The notes: generated by a model not told the origin, from the letters alone. DNA of 64,000 nucleotides from Patescibacteria group bacterium (GCA_049322955.1 JBMOPU010000012.1:886186-950185); one strand, 5' to 3'. Shown: positions 28,025 through 38,936, counted from the stretch's first letter. A program made the numbers and translations.

Positions 28025-29715
28025 ATGAGTGCTATTGTACCAAGTGCCGCAAGAATAACGAGCGATGCCGCACTGATACCGTTGGCTACGGAGCGTAATT
28101 TTGTGTCCGAAAATACGAACCGGATATCATAGCTACCAGGATCCAAATCAAAGGTCATGAGTCCGCGATACGACGGATCCTGAAACTGCAAGGCATCGGC
28201 TTCAAGCGGGGCACCGTTTATCGTCACCCGCCATCCCGGAAAATAGAGCGTGTTCTCGACAAACCGCACGGGACCGGTCGTCTCCACATGATAGGAACGT
28301 ACGGTGCTGGTCCGTATTCCCTGGGTGATTCTGCCCTCACTGGGGATAAGGTACGCGGCGCTTTCGGGGCGGCGTTCCATAAAACGCACCGACCAAATAG
28401 GACTGCTTTCGCCGGTATCGGTGGTGCTGTTATAAATCCCCGTAAAAAACGACTCCGGATATTGTTTGTACTCCTTGGCTCGCCACATGGGAACGGTCGT
28501 AATAATCCCGACGATACAAAGGAATACGGCAATTTGTCTCCGCCGTTTGGGTGACGAAAGCACTACCGCAAGCGCTCCGATGACGGCAAGCAGAAACGTT
28601 GTGACCGACAAAAGCCTCCAGGGAAATTGGAATTTCTGAAGTATGGTAACCGTATTCCACAGCGGACTTGATAGTTGCGTCATGGCAAACAGCGTAAAGA
28701 ACAACAGCAGGATGCAGGCGATGAGAAGTTTTTGGTATTTCGAATTTTTCTCCAGTAAAAAGAATCCCACGATGAGCGCAAGCCACGGACCGGCTCCCAA
28801 CCATTTGGACAATTCATTTCCTCCGCCGTAGCTCCAGGGAGAATAAATAAACGCCGTCCACGGCACAAACCGTCCGGCAAATTCACCGGCAGTCACGATG
28901 TCACGAAGCGTATATTTTCCCTCAAAAAAACCCGGCACCCAATAAAATGCGGACAGCAAAAATCCCCATCCCACGGCAATCGCCGCGATCACCAAAAAAC
29001 GCGCACGAAGTTTTGTCTCGTGAACGGTCAAATAAATCGCATACCATGCAAGGATCGGCAAAAACATGATACTTAACGCGTTATGGGCAAGGATAAGACA
29101 TGCCACTCCCACCGCGATGACGGTACCGGGAGCAATCCCCCACCCCTTCCGTATATTTGAAAGCAAAAGCAAGCCGTATGCGATAATCGGCGGAAAGATA
29201 AATGCCATGTGTTCGCCGATTGCTCCCCGAACATACAGATCGATAAACCGATACGGTGCAAATCCGTATAGCACTGCGGCCGTCACCCCGGCCGCCACTC
29301 CCCATGAAGCACTTGCCCACAGATACATTGCCAAAATGCTGGCAATGAAACCGCTGGCAAAAACCAGCTTCGTGCTGTCAACGAATGAAAATCCCAAAAA
29401 GTGAAAGAGCGAGCCGACATACGAAGGAAGCGGATACAAAAACATAAGGATCGGATGTCCGTATCCCCAGTTCAGATTCGCCGCCCATCTCGGCACGATG
29501 TTCCCTTCCGAAAGAGACCGGTAAAAGTTTGCAATTCGCGCGATATGATCCTGCCCGTCATGCGTCACGGGAAAACCCGGATTGAGCAAATCAGAAAGCG
29601 GCAATAGCGCGACACAGAACAGACCGATCCATACTAATACGGAACGTATGTTTCGTTTCACTTTGTTTCCTCCATTATTCGTTTCTCGATAATAAACCCG
29701 CTCGGTAATTTCCAC
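28000..29715 (-). CDS. YfhO-related polytopic membrane protein (HD...RW family, member 2)
   Basis: FPVTHDGQDHIARI...VPRWAANLNWGYGHPILMFLYPLPSY, FAPYRFIDLYVRGAIGE, C-terminal YFPGWRVTINGAPL...LDPGSYDIRF then a TM anchor. Confidence 0.6.
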   Translation of the reverse strand: MEITERVYYRETNNGGNKVKRNIRSVLVWIGLFCVALLPLSDLLNPGFPVTHDGQDHIARIANFYRSLSEGNIVPRWAANLNWGYGHPILMFLYPLPSYVGSLFHFLGFSFVDSTKLVFASGFIASILAMYLWASASWGVAAGVTAAVLYGFAPYRFIDLYVRGAIGEHMAFIFPPIIAYGLLLLSNIRKGWGIAPGTVIAVGVACLILAHNALSIMFLPILAWYAIYLTVHETKLRARFLVIAAIAVGWGFLLSAFYWVPGFFEGKYTLRDIVTAGEFAGRFVPWTAFIYSPWSYGGGNELSKWLGAGPWLALIVGFFLLEKNSKYQKLLIACILLLFFTLFAMTQLSSPLWNTVTILQKFQFPWRLLSVTTFLLAVIGALAVVLSSPKRRRQIAVFLCIVGIITTVPMWRAKEYKQYPESFFTGIYNSTTDTGESSPIWSVRFMERRPESAAYLIPSEGRITQGIRTSTVRSYHVETTGPVRFVENTLYFPGWRVTINGAPLEADALQFQDPSYRGLMTFDLDPGSYDIRFVFSDTKLRSVANGISAASLVILAALGTIALIWRKRMSS

Positions 29716-31183
29716 GAAGCCGTAACGTTTCCTTTTTTAATCACGGTTTCCAACCATCCATTATAACTCCACGGTTTTTCGGGATCAGGTTCAATCAGCA
29801 GATATACGGTGTTTTCAAGCGATGTTCCCGGTACATACCCGTATCGCTTTGAAGCGTGCCAACCGAGAAGATAGTCATACGCGTAGGTATATACGGGGGG
29901 CGTAAAAACAGCAAGATTAAAACGCTCACCCCGTGCGTCAGTGTAAATGAAATCGATCGCATCAATTTTTCCGCGTATTTTCGCCGTCCCGCCATAGTCG
30001 CGATAATCATAAGTAATTATTTTCGGAAATCGGTAAAACACATTGACAAGAAGTACGCCGAGGAGTCCCAGTGCCACCCATCTGCCTACTTTTCCATGCA
30101 TGGCTTTCATACCCGTGTATGCACCGAGGATGGGATAAACAAAATACAGCAGAGAAAAATAATGGGAATATACCGGTCCCCGATACGGATAATAAATGAT
30201 AAGATGTGCAAAAATGAGAAGCAGTATCCCCGTCATATACTGTTGCTGTTCTTTCTTTTTTTCGTGATACACGTACCAGATAGCGGCCGAAAAAAGTATA
30301 AACGGAAACAGATAGGTCATTCCGGGTATACCCAATGAGAACGACTCTCGTACCGTTGCAAGCAGTGCATTGCCGTCTCCTATCACCCGGCAATCGGCTG
30401 AAACGGTTTTGCCTGTGCACCCTGGGTAACCCGCGTGCCGTACGACAGCACCCCGCGAACAATATTCCATCCGTGTCGGGCCTCAAAGAGTATCATGGGC
30501 AGAAACCCCATGAGAGCACCGGCCGCAATGACTATCCAACGACGAATATCCCGTACACGAAGCACGACTGCAAAATAGACACCAACCGCGACGAGTGCGG
30601 GTACCGCCATCGGAATTTCAAAATGATAGAGACTTGCCGCCAAAAATGCCGTGAGAAAAACGGAAACTAAGGTTTTTTTTCGCGACATCCATAGCGCATA
30701 CAAAAATGGCATAACGAGAACTCCCGAGTAATTCGGAGCCCATATCATTCTCGCTTGCGCGGTCAGGGGAAGCGATACGGCTGACAACAGCAATACAAGC
30801 CGCGCAGTAGCATTTCCGAATATCCTGTTTGATAATCTGGTCAACGCAAAAATCACTGCCAAACTCACCGCGCATAAAAACACGATCGACCAGTAAGGGT
30901 TGCCGGCACCAATGAATAACAAACCCGCGAGTATATATCGATATCCCGGTCCGTGGAAAATACCCGGCAGTCCCGCAAAACCCGCACCCGCTTCAGCACC
31001 GATAAGCGTAAATTTATGCGCAAACGCAATCGAGCTTGCCGCCATGGTATCGAGCCCCTGATCAAAACCGAATACGTAGTTGCCGTTTAGTGTCTCCACC
31101 GTACGAAGCACAATTCCCAACGCAATCGCCACCAAACCGGCCGCGGTTAAAACGTACGTACCCAACGCAGATATCCGTTTCAT
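29658..31183 (-). pseudogene. ArnT/PMT_2-like GT-C paralog interrupted by a single-nucleotide frameshift (~30386..30420)
   Basis: ORFs 30383..31183 and 29658..30470 are in different frames. Frame A ends ...GVLSYGTRVTQGAQ and frame B continues ...ALLATVRESFSLGIPGM. This matches the paralog 37382..38893 (...GVLGEGTRVVMSKRAMVWQALDYSFRVWGKMLPWM) collinearly only if the frames are joined. Confidence 0.5.
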
Positions 31184-31187
31184 AGTA

Positions 31188-32816
31188 TTATTTCGTCACG
31201 GCGATAATTGCCGTTTCTCCGTTTTTATTGGCAAACCGTTTCAGTACCTTGGCTCCTGCGGGAACCCCGTTGCTATCGTAGAGATACAGCGTATCCTCAC
31301 TCATATCTTCCGTTCGTTCGGGAAGAAATCCGAACGCGTATGAGCCTATGGTATGGGAGGCTGCAAATCCGCCGGACGTGGTACCCCCCTGTGCCAGATA
31401 TTTTTTGGGATCGTAGTTACTGTAAAAAAGGAAAAACATATACGACTGATACAGCGCTCCCTGGTTACTCATTTCAATCCGGGCATAGGTTCCCTCCTGT
31501 TGTTTTACATACGAAACGGCTTCCGATATCGCGTATTGAAACGAATCGGATTGTTCACGCGGAAAGCGTATGAAGTACCCGTTCCAAAACACGGCTACTC
31601 CGCTTATCGCTACAATCGCAATAATCACTCCGAGCAATCGTTTTCCGTCGGATTTGAGCATGCCTATGACATACCATACCCCCAAAGCGGCAACAATTTG
31701 GGGAATAGGAATCGCCGAATAAAAACGCATCGCATGCGGTGCTCCGGTCGTCAGTGCCGCCGGTATGGGAGCCGCGACAAGGTATGCCGCAAGGAGGAGC
31801 GTTACACGTGACGGAAATTTCTTCTTGGCAAGAAAAACAACGCCGGCGACCAAAAACGGGAGTTCCCACAAATACAGAAGCCCCATACCCGGCACCTTGT
31901 GGGCTTCCCGCTCACTCCCTGTAAATAGCCATCGCGGGGAAAAATGCGAAAGATAATTCCCGGCAAAAATCGCAAGACTCGTCGTATATTTGCTATATAC
32001 CACCCGACCGAAGAGATCATGCCGCGTTACCGCATCGGCGTATCGTGACGTTGCCTCCGTCATTACGGGACTATCGGGCGCAAACGCGCTTGTTCCCTTA
32101 AACCGCGACATACCTTCCGGCGAAAGACTGACAATCATTGCCGGTATCGCAATAACACTCCCCGCCATGACCGCGATAATCACCTGCTTTTTTTCACGCA
32201 GTAGTTCTTTCCAAAAAAGTAGGAGGGTGACAGCGGCAATGCAGGGTACGATCAGCTTCTGGCTTTGATACCCGTGCAGTGAAAGTGCGAAGAATACCGC
32301 CGTATATATCCAATCCCGTCCACGCTTTGCAATAACTGCGCGAAGCAGGAAGTATAATCCGAGCACCGCGAGCGTAAGTCCCAAATTTGCCTCATGGCCG
32401 AGTCGTGACAGATAAATATGCCACGGAGAAATCGCGAGAATTGCGAGCGCCAGTTCTCCGATCGCACGAGTACCCAAATATTTGTTCCCGACAAGAACGC
32501 CTATTTGATACGTCGCCCATAGCGTAATAAGAGAGAGAACAAACGCGGGCAATCGCACGGCAACTGCGGTAAGGCCGAAAACCGCGACAAACGGGATGGT
32601 GAGATAGACATACAGCGCCGGCCGAAAGTCATCGTAGGCACGTAACAGCAACGGAAATGAGTTGCCGTATTCGTCTTTGCCGGTCACCATGATCGAATAG
32701 GCGTTATAGCCTATGGAAACCTCATCCAAAGACGGCGCGGGAGGAACGCTCCCGAGGTGCACAAGTCGCAACAATGCCGCGACGACAAAAAGTGTTACCA
32801 GGATATATCGCTTCAT
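31188..32816 (-). CDS. PMT_2/ArnT-like GT-C glycosyltransferase (GT39/GT83-like)
   Basis: LRLVHLGSVPPAPSLDEVSIGYNAYSIMVTGKDEYGNSFP...RLPAFV signature. About 11 TM helices plus a C-terminal soluble domain. 542 aa. Confidence 0.8.
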   Translation of the reverse strand: MKRYILVTLFVVAALLRLVHLGSVPPAPSLDEVSIGYNAYSIMVTGKDEYGNSFPLLLRAYDDFRPALYVYLTIPFVAVFGLTAVAVRLPAFVLSLITLWATYQIGVLVGNKYLGTRAIGELALAILAISPWHIYLSRLGHEANLGLTLAVLGLYFLLRAVIAKRGRDWIYTAVFFALSLHGYQSQKLIVPCIAAVTLLLFWKELLREKKQVIIAVMAGSVIAIPAMIVSLSPEGMSRFKGTSAFAPDSPVMTEATSRYADAVTRHDLFGRVVYSKYTTSLAIFAGNYLSHFSPRWLFTGSEREAHKVPGMGLLYLWELPFLVAGVVFLAKKKFPSRVTLLLAAYLVAAPIPAALTTGAPHAMRFYSAIPIPQIVAALGVWYVIGMLKSDGKRLLGVIIAIVAISGVAVFWNGYFIRFPREQSDSFQYAISEAVSYVKQQEGTYARIEMSNQGALYQSYMFFLFYSNYDPKKYLAQGGTTSGGFAASHTIGSYAFGFLPERTEDMSEDTLYLYDSNGVPAGAKVLKRFANKNGETAIIAVTK

Positions 32817-32821
32817 GCGTA

Positions 32822-34450
32822 TTATTCCGAAATTCGTATGGCATCCGGGCCGTCAAGGTATGAAATAACCATCGGGCTTCCCGGTATTTCTTTCGGTGAT
32901 CCGATATAGAGTACCGAGCCGTCATGCTTTTCGTTTGCCCAATTCGGGATAGGACGGAATTCGTACTTATCAAAACGGTTACGCACTTCCTTAAACCCGC
33001 CCGAGGCGGTTCCTCCTGCGGCAAGGTATGCGGCGGGATCATATTTCGTATAAAAAAGGAAAAACATATGCGGTTGTTCGAGCTTTGTGGAGACCACTAT
33101 CTTGTCATATTTATGCTTATTCGCCTCAGCATACTCTACCGCCTGCTTATAACCGTACTGCCAAAACGGGGAATACTCGAGATTCATATGCACATAGTAC
33201 ATGTGGAAGTAGAAAAGCAAGTTCGCCGCTATTGCCGTGACGGCAACCACCCCTCCCGCTCCCATGACGAACCGCGATACCCCGCGGGTTTTCTTGAATA
33301 GCGATATCCCGAAAACGACACTCCCATAGAAACCTACCGCAATGCACAGTTGCAGGATCGGAAGTACCACAAGCGTCCGTATGGCATGCGGCGTTTCCGA
33401 CGTCGGGGATGCGGCAAGCGGGGCAAGCAAGATCCAGCTAACTACCAGTGTCGCGAGCTTCCCGCCTTTTTTCCAAATCGTATACAACCCGATGAACAAA
33501 AACGGCAATTCAAAAAAATAGAGTAATCCGTTATCGGGCGCGTGATGCCGGTCGTTATCTCCGGTCAAAAAGAGCCATCGCAGGGAAAAGTGACTGATAT
33601 AGCCGTCCAACAGCGTCCGTGCGTACACGATACGCCTGTTTTCCATAATCACTCCGATCCGGTCGCCGGCGCGTATATCGTCTTCCAGTTTTTTGACCGA
33701 CCGCATGAGAAGTCCGGTCGTATCGGAAAGCGTACTCGTGCCTTTCAGTCGGGTTACCGATGTTTTATCAAGCAGTACCGGAATAAGCGGCAGGACGGTA
33801 AGAAGCCCCACCATGATGCTTATGGCAATTTTCTTTTTGTCGGAAAACAGTTCTTTTCGCCAGAGAACGCTTACGACCAAAAGCAGAAGCGGCACAAAAA
33901 TACGTTCACTATGGTACGCATACAGTGAAATCCCGAACAAAAATGCCGCAAATACCATCCACGGAAGTGAGGTCAGTCCGCGAAAAAACGCCACCAACCC
34001 CCAGATATTTAACGTGACGCCGGTGTTTGCCTCAAACGCAATCCGCGAAAACTGCAGATGCCAGGGCGAAATTGCAAGGAAAAAAGAAGTAAGCAAGGCG
34101 AGCGTATCATCCTTTTTTTTCACAAGCAGGCTAACCAAATAATAGGTACCGATAACCGCCAAAATGCCCATGACCGCCGAAGGCAGTCTCGTCGCCCATG
34201 TGGTAAGCCCGAACGCGGCGACCGAAGGAATGGCGAGATACGTATAAAGCGGCGGCTTATAATCGTCAAATGACCGAAGCGTCCGCGGGAGGAATATCCC
34301 GTATTCATCTTTACCGGTTTTCAGTATCGAATAGGCGTTATACCCCAACGCCGCCTCATCCCAATCCGGGGAAACGGGCACCACACCAAGCTGCCAAAGA
34401 CGCAGGAACGCCGCAAGAATAATAATGCCGATAAAAAACAGTTTTTTCAT
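32822..34450 (-). CDS. PMT_2/ArnT-like GT-C glycosyltransferase
   Basis: PVSPDWDEAALGYNAYSILKTGKDEYGIFLP...RLPSAV. 542 aa. Tandem paralog. Confidence 0.8.
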   Translation of the reverse strand: MKKLFFIGIIILAAFLRLWQLGVVPVSPDWDEAALGYNAYSILKTGKDEYGIFLPRTLRSFDDYKPPLYTYLAIPSVAAFGLTTWATRLPSAVMGILAVIGTYYLVSLLVKKKDDTLALLTSFFLAISPWHLQFSRIAFEANTGVTLNIWGLVAFFRGLTSLPWMVFAAFLFGISLYAYHSERIFVPLLLLVVSVLWRKELFSDKKKIAISIMVGLLTVLPLIPVLLDKTSVTRLKGTSTLSDTTGLLMRSVKKLEDDIRAGDRIGVIMENRRIVYARTLLDGYISHFSLRWLFLTGDNDRHHAPDNGLLYFFELPFLFIGLYTIWKKGGKLATLVVSWILLAPLAASPTSETPHAIRTLVVLPILQLCIAVGFYGSVVFGISLFKKTRGVSRFVMGAGGVVAVTAIAANLLFYFHMYYVHMNLEYSPFWQYGYKQAVEYAEANKHKYDKIVVSTKLEQPHMFFLFYTKYDPAAYLAAGGTASGGFKEVRNRFDKYEFRPIPNWANEKHDGSVLYIGSPKEIPGSPMVISYLDGPDAIRISE

Positions 34451-34459
34451 ACTCAGTAG

Positions 34460-36094
34460 TTATTCAAACGCGACAAGCACCGGCGCTCCGTTGAGTAACC
34501 GTACGGTCTCAATCACCCGAGCCGTTGCCGGCACATCTTTGGGCGGCATGATATACAGCACCTTGCCCGAAAAATCCCCCGAGCCCTCCCGTACAAACCG
34601 GTATTTGCCGAACCCATAGACATTGTAAAATCCCGCAGCGTCAAACGATGCATCTTTTGTTGCGGTAAATTCCGAAAGCGGCGTTTGCTTGTAAAACAAC
34701 GCATAAATATACGGCCTGCCGATGCTTTCGGTTAACACCACCGTATCAAAATCTTTTTCATACTTTTCCGCAATGGCGATGGCGGACTTATAGCCGTATT
34801 GCCACTCACCGGAAAACTCTTTGGGATAATGGGCCATAAGGGTATGCCAGAAATAGGCAAAATTTGAAAGAAACAGGAGTACAACAAAAAGACTTACGCC
34901 CGTTCTCCACTTCGTTTTTATTGCCCGGATCGCCGCGACCATGCCGTAGGCGGTAGCCAGCATATAGACCGGAAGACCGTTCTCTATCCGAAGCGCATGC
35001 GGTGTTTCGCGGGCAACCGCGGTGGGGATGATGGCGCTTATGAGCCACCAGAGGAGGAATCCCCCGACAACCGGGTAATCGCGAAACAGTGCAAGCCATC
35101 CGAACATAAGAAACGGTGCGGAAACCAGAAGCAACTGCCCGACGTCCTGCACGGAGAATTTGGGATTCCCATCGCCTTTGATAAATAAGAACCGCGGTTC
35201 CAAATTATCAAAAAAATGGATGAAGTATTCCCTTGCATACCCCACCCTCCGGTTATGGAGAATCGACGAAAGCGGCGAAAAATTATCCGCTTCCCTTCTC
35301 GTGTTGGAGGTTAATACGGTGCGAAGATCGGTAAATATACTTACCTCTTCAAACCGTAGTCTCGCCTGTTTTGACACGAGATGCGGCGCGATGGGGATAA
35401 GGAGGATAAGCGCCGCAAGGATGCCGACGACAGCCTGCTTCCTTGCGCGAAACAGATCGTTTTTAACGATAAGCAAAAGTCCCCCTGCGATGAGCGGCGC
35501 CGCATAACGGGTGCTGTTAAAGGTGTAAATACCCAATATAAACGGTATCCACGCAACGTAAAAATACTTCGGTTCATTTCGACCCCGAAGCACCGCCCAT
35601 ATGCCGGAAATCAGGAAAAATACGGCAATGTTCGCCTCAAATCCCGCCCGCGACAACATGATGTGCCACGGGGTAACCGCCATCAACGATGCGGCAACCA
35701 GACCGATAGCATCCCGCTCCTTGCTGTCGCGAAAAAGCTCCCGGGCTAACACAAAGAGCATGCCTACGGTTGCCACGCCGAAAAGCGCCGAAGGGAGCCG
35801 CACCGCAAGTTCGGTAAGACCGAACAGCGCGACAAACGGTACCGTAAGATAAATGGGCAGCGGCGGCTTGTAGTCACCGAATGCCGCAAATGCATCAAGC
35901 GGCATGAATGTCCCGTGCTCATCCCTGCCGGTCGTGAGAATGGTGTACGCGTTATACCCTATCGATGCCTCATCCCAGGAAATTGCAGGGGGATTGGTGC
36001 TGACGCGAAACGTACGAAAAAAGAGTGCTACAAGAAGCACACCCGCAAGCAACGGTATCACGTACTTATGCTGTTTCATGAGTGATTTTTTCAT
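34460..36094 (-). CDS. PMT_2/ArnT-like GT-C glycosyltransferase
   Basis: PPAISWDEASIGYNAYTILTTGRDEHGTFMP...RLPSAL. 544 aa. Tandem paralog. Confidence 0.8.
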   Translation of the reverse strand: MKKSLMKQHKYVIPLLAGVLLVALFFRTFRVSTNPPAISWDEASIGYNAYTILTTGRDEHGTFMPLDAFAAFGDYKPPLPIYLTVPFVALFGLTELAVRLPSALFGVATVGMLFVLARELFRDSKERDAIGLVAASLMAVTPWHIMLSRAGFEANIAVFFLISGIWAVLRGRNEPKYFYVAWIPFILGIYTFNSTRYAAPLIAGGLLLIVKNDLFRARKQAVVGILAALILLIPIAPHLVSKQARLRFEEVSIFTDLRTVLTSNTRREADNFSPLSSILHNRRVGYAREYFIHFFDNLEPRFLFIKGDGNPKFSVQDVGQLLLVSAPFLMFGWLALFRDYPVVGGFLLWWLISAIIPTAVARETPHALRIENGLPVYMLATAYGMVAAIRAIKTKWRTGVSLFVVLLFLSNFAYFWHTLMAHYPKEFSGEWQYGYKSAIAIAEKYEKDFDTVVLTESIGRPYIYALFYKQTPLSEFTATKDASFDAAGFYNVYGFGKYRFVREGSGDFSGKVLYIMPPKDVPATARVIETVRLLNGAPVLVAFE

Positions 36095-37346
36095 CGAGAA
36101 CCTTGAGCCCGCCTAATGCATACACCATAGACAGGTAACCCAAGTGGCTGTTGTTGAAATACCGGCTCATATACCAATAAACGGTCAGAAACACCGCGTA
36201 ATAAACAATCATCCGCGACTCGTCCGGTCTCCCCATAAACCATCGCATAAGGATGACAAACGTCGGCACGGCAAAAACAATCTGCCAATATATAAACGGA
36301 TAGTAGGCATGGATATCGGTAATGATCCCCGCATCATACAGCACCATCCCCAATCCGTACCCTGAGACCGGGTAACTGGTGGCAGTTCCTCCGGAAAGAT
36401 ATAAAATAACACTCTCGATAAATGCTTTCGCATCCCACAGAACAAACGGTGCGGTAAGCACGAGTCCCGTCACGGCACAGGCGGCCGCCGAAATCCAAAA
36501 AACACGCCGGTGCGCCGCCGTTTTCAGCCATAGCGCGACAAGATAAAACGGCGCCATAAACCAAATTGTTTGCTTGCTTAACATCGCCAATGCAAATACG
36601 ACAGCACTCAGCGTGTACCGCTTATACGATAAAAACAGCAGTGCACCGACAAGCCATGAAAGAGCAAATACATCGCTCCGTCCTTCGACAAAGTAATCCA
36701 CGACGGACGGTGACAAAGCGGTGATAATCATGGCAATGCGGGCAACACCCTTGTCGCGAAACCAAAACCATAAAAAGAAGAGAAGCATCCCCATGGTAAA
36801 AAGCGATGCCATACGGCCGTCAAAAAATCCGAAGACGGGAATTCCCGTGTAATAAAAAACAAACGGAAACAACAAATACCAGGGAGGCATGACAAAGTGA
36901 TACAGTGCGGGGTTTACCGCATCGCGACCGAGCTCGGCGTAATGAAAACTTTCCACCGGAGTTCCGAAATACGTTTCCTTATAGGGGTTTTTCCCGACGA
37001 TGAGATAACGCATGGCCGCTTCCTGTTGGAGAATGATATCGTGCACCTGATACACGGGTGCGGTTTTTGCCCTATCAAACATGGCCGTGACCGTCGCCCC
37101 GCCGAGCGTTATGACAAACGTCGCGATCATCAAAAATACTTTGACAATGTTAAGGTGTTTCTTATATTTGCCTAAGAGTTCCGGAAAAAATGAGATCACA
37201 CAATGAAGGGTAAGCAATAAAAAAAGCATGCCGAAAAGCCAATACGGCGTTCCTTCCACGGGAAGTATCCGATACTTCATAACAATAGGAATGGAGAGCG
37301 CAAAAAGGAGAAGCGAATCGACGATGCTAAGCCACATACCTGTCAT
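36066..37346 (-). CDS. polytopic membrane protein, uncharacterised (all-TM)
   Basis: 426 aa, about 10-12 TM helices, no soluble domain. Confidence 0.5.
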   Translation of the reverse strand: MTGMWLSIVDSLLLFALSIPIVMKYRILPVEGTPYWLFGMLFLLLTLHCVISFFPELLGKYKKHLNIVKVFLMIATFVITLGGATVTAMFDRAKTAPVYQVHDIILQQEAAMRYLIVGKNPYKETYFGTPVESFHYAELGRDAVNPALYHFVMPPWYLLFPFVFYYTGIPVFGFFDGRMASLFTMGMLLFFLWFWFRDKGVARIAMIITALSPSVVDYFVEGRSDVFALSWLVGALLFLSYKRYTLSAVVFALAMLSKQTIWFMAPFYLVALWLKTAAHRRVFWISAAACAVTGLVLTAPFVLWDAKAFIESVILYLSGGTATSYPVSGYGLGMVLYDAGIITDIHAYYPFIYWQIVFAVPTFVILMRWFMGRPDESRMIVYYAVFLTVYWYMSRYFNNSHLGYLSMVYALGGLKVLDEKITHETA

Positions 37347-37381
37347 TGTACTAAATCAACTTATGCTTGACCATTGAGGGA

Positions 37382-38893
37382 TCATTCACGTTCGGATTTT
37401 CGCTCAAAAAGATACACCCGGCCTTCACTCCCTGCCGCGGTGTTTACTTCCTCATCCCGGATATAGGACCAGTCGCGCGCCAGCTCAATAGTCGGATACC
37501 TCCCCCGACAATGTTCGTCATAACACATCGCCTGCAAATCCCGGAGTTTCGTTACGTCGGGAGCCGACGGACACTGCCGGGTGTCGCAGACCAGCACAAG
37601 GAATCTGCTCTCGTCCCTTGTGACGGACAGAGGGACAAGACCGGCTACCGCCATAGCATACCGGTAGTGCAAATCCGAATACGAACGCGAGGTAAGAAGC
37701 GTAAAAGTGAACGGCGATTCCTTTGTCAATTGCGCTATTTGCGAAACAGCGGCTTGTGTTCTCCCGATATCATTGGTACCCGCTCTGAAAATATCGGTGT
37801 GGAAAAGATGCACCGAACCGATCACAATAACGGTTCCGATCAGACCGTAACGAACGATCGCATGTTTTATACGAGACACCACGGATGCCAGCATAAGAAA
37901 CGGTACCGGGGTAATAAATGAAAGATAATGATCATGGACAACGCCGCTGTATCGGACCATCGCGGTAACTCCGCCAAGGAACCATACCGTAAGGAATATA
38001 TTTTTTTTGGTGGGCGTAAAAAACAAAAATATACCCCATGCCCCGAGTACAACAAGCGCCGGCCATCTGCTCATCCAGGGAAGCATCTTTCCCCATACCC
38101 GAAAGCTATAATCAAGCGCCTGCCAAACCATAGCGCGCTTGCTCATCACAACTCTTGTCCCTTCGCCCAACACGCCGAAGATCCCCGTGATGTCACGAAA
38201 TCCCACCGTCATTTCATACCAAAGAAACGGTGCTATAACGATACACAATCCGAGCCCCCACCATACGGCCGCGGAAAATATTTGCCGAACCGATGCGACC
38301 CGATAATATCGGGCGGCGACGACGACAAGAAAAACAAGCCCGATAAAATACAAATTCGGGTAGTGTAACTGCACCAGCACTCCCACCGTTGCCCCTAACG
38401 CAATCCACCATACCGCCAGCCATCGCTGATACGCCCTATATAATAGGAAGAGAAAAAGCACGGAAAACAGCGGCACCAGATTCGGTTCCCAGATGATCCG
38501 ATCTGCGGTGACCATATTCGGTGATACCGCCCAAAGAAATGCGGCGAGCCGTGCGGGCACACTGCCGAAAAGTTCCTTCACGGTCTTATAAAGAAGTATG
38601 ACGGCGACGACCCCCAGAATCGCCATCCAAAGCGAAACTCCGAGCGGATTACCTCCGGCAAGATAGCCGGGGAGCAGAAGGTAATAAAAAAACGGTCCCA
38701 AGTGGTGACCGCTGAGCGTGGTGGGACCGGCAAGGGGAACGGTCCCCTGCTCGACAAACTGCCGCATGATAAGCATCGTTCTTCCCTGATCTCCAAGAAA
38801 TTCGGTGAGTGCACCGATCCGGAATAGTCGAAGAAATGCGGCGAGAATAATTATTCCCGACAGCCAATAATCAGTCGAACGCGACTTGCTCAT
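37382..38893 (-). CDS. divergent ArnT/PMT_2-like GT-C membrane protein
   Basis: FLGDQGRTMLIMRQFVEQGTVPLAGP motif in the first loop, about 11 TM helices, and a C-terminal soluble tail. Collinear with the frameshifted paralog 29658..31183. Confidence 0.6.
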   Translation of the reverse strand: MSKSRSTDYWLSGIIILAAFLRLFRIGALTEFLGDQGRTMLIMRQFVEQGTVPLAGPTTLSGHHLGPFFYYLLLPGYLAGGNPLGVSLWMAILGVVAVILLYKTVKELFGSVPARLAAFLWAVSPNMVTADRIIWEPNLVPLFSVLFLFLLYRAYQRWLAVWWIALGATVGVLVQLHYPNLYFIGLVFLVVVAARYYRVASVRQIFSAAVWWGLGLCIVIAPFLWYEMTVGFRDITGIFGVLGEGTRVVMSKRAMVWQALDYSFRVWGKMLPWMSRWPALVVLGAWGIFLFFTPTKKNIFLTVWFLGGVTAMVRYSGVVHDHYLSFITPVPFLMLASVVSRIKHAIVRYGLIGTVIVIGSVHLFHTDIFRAGTNDIGRTQAAVSQIAQLTKESPFTFTLLTSRSYSDLHYRYAMAVAGLVPLSVTRDESRFLVLVCDTRQCPSAPDVTKLRDLQAMCYDEHCRGRYPTIELARDWSYIRDEEVNTAAGSEGRVYLFERKSERE

Positions 38894-38936
38894 TCTGCTC
38901 GTATTCTTGTTATAATGCCAATAGCCTCGTACCTAT
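38894..38936 (+). promoter_or_regulatory. divergent intergenic region with extended -10 (TGnTATAAT) for the plus-strand block
   Basis: TG at 38908-38909, TATAAT at 38911-38916, about 20 nt upstream of ATG 38937. This is the only strand-switch spacer in the window. Confidence 0.35.

Noticed and set aside
30007-30486. Third-frame ORF (159 aa) spanning the frameshift region of the ArnT-like pseudogene.
   Set aside because: It is Arg/Cys-rich, has no TM or domain signal, and no homology to the paralogs. The two other frames align with 37382..38893.
29658-31183. Programmed ribosomal frameshifting as the explanation for the split ArnT-like gene.
   Set aside because: There is no slippery heptamer (X XXY YYZ) or downstream structure evident around 30386..30420. 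A pseudogene or sequencing indel is more parsimonious.
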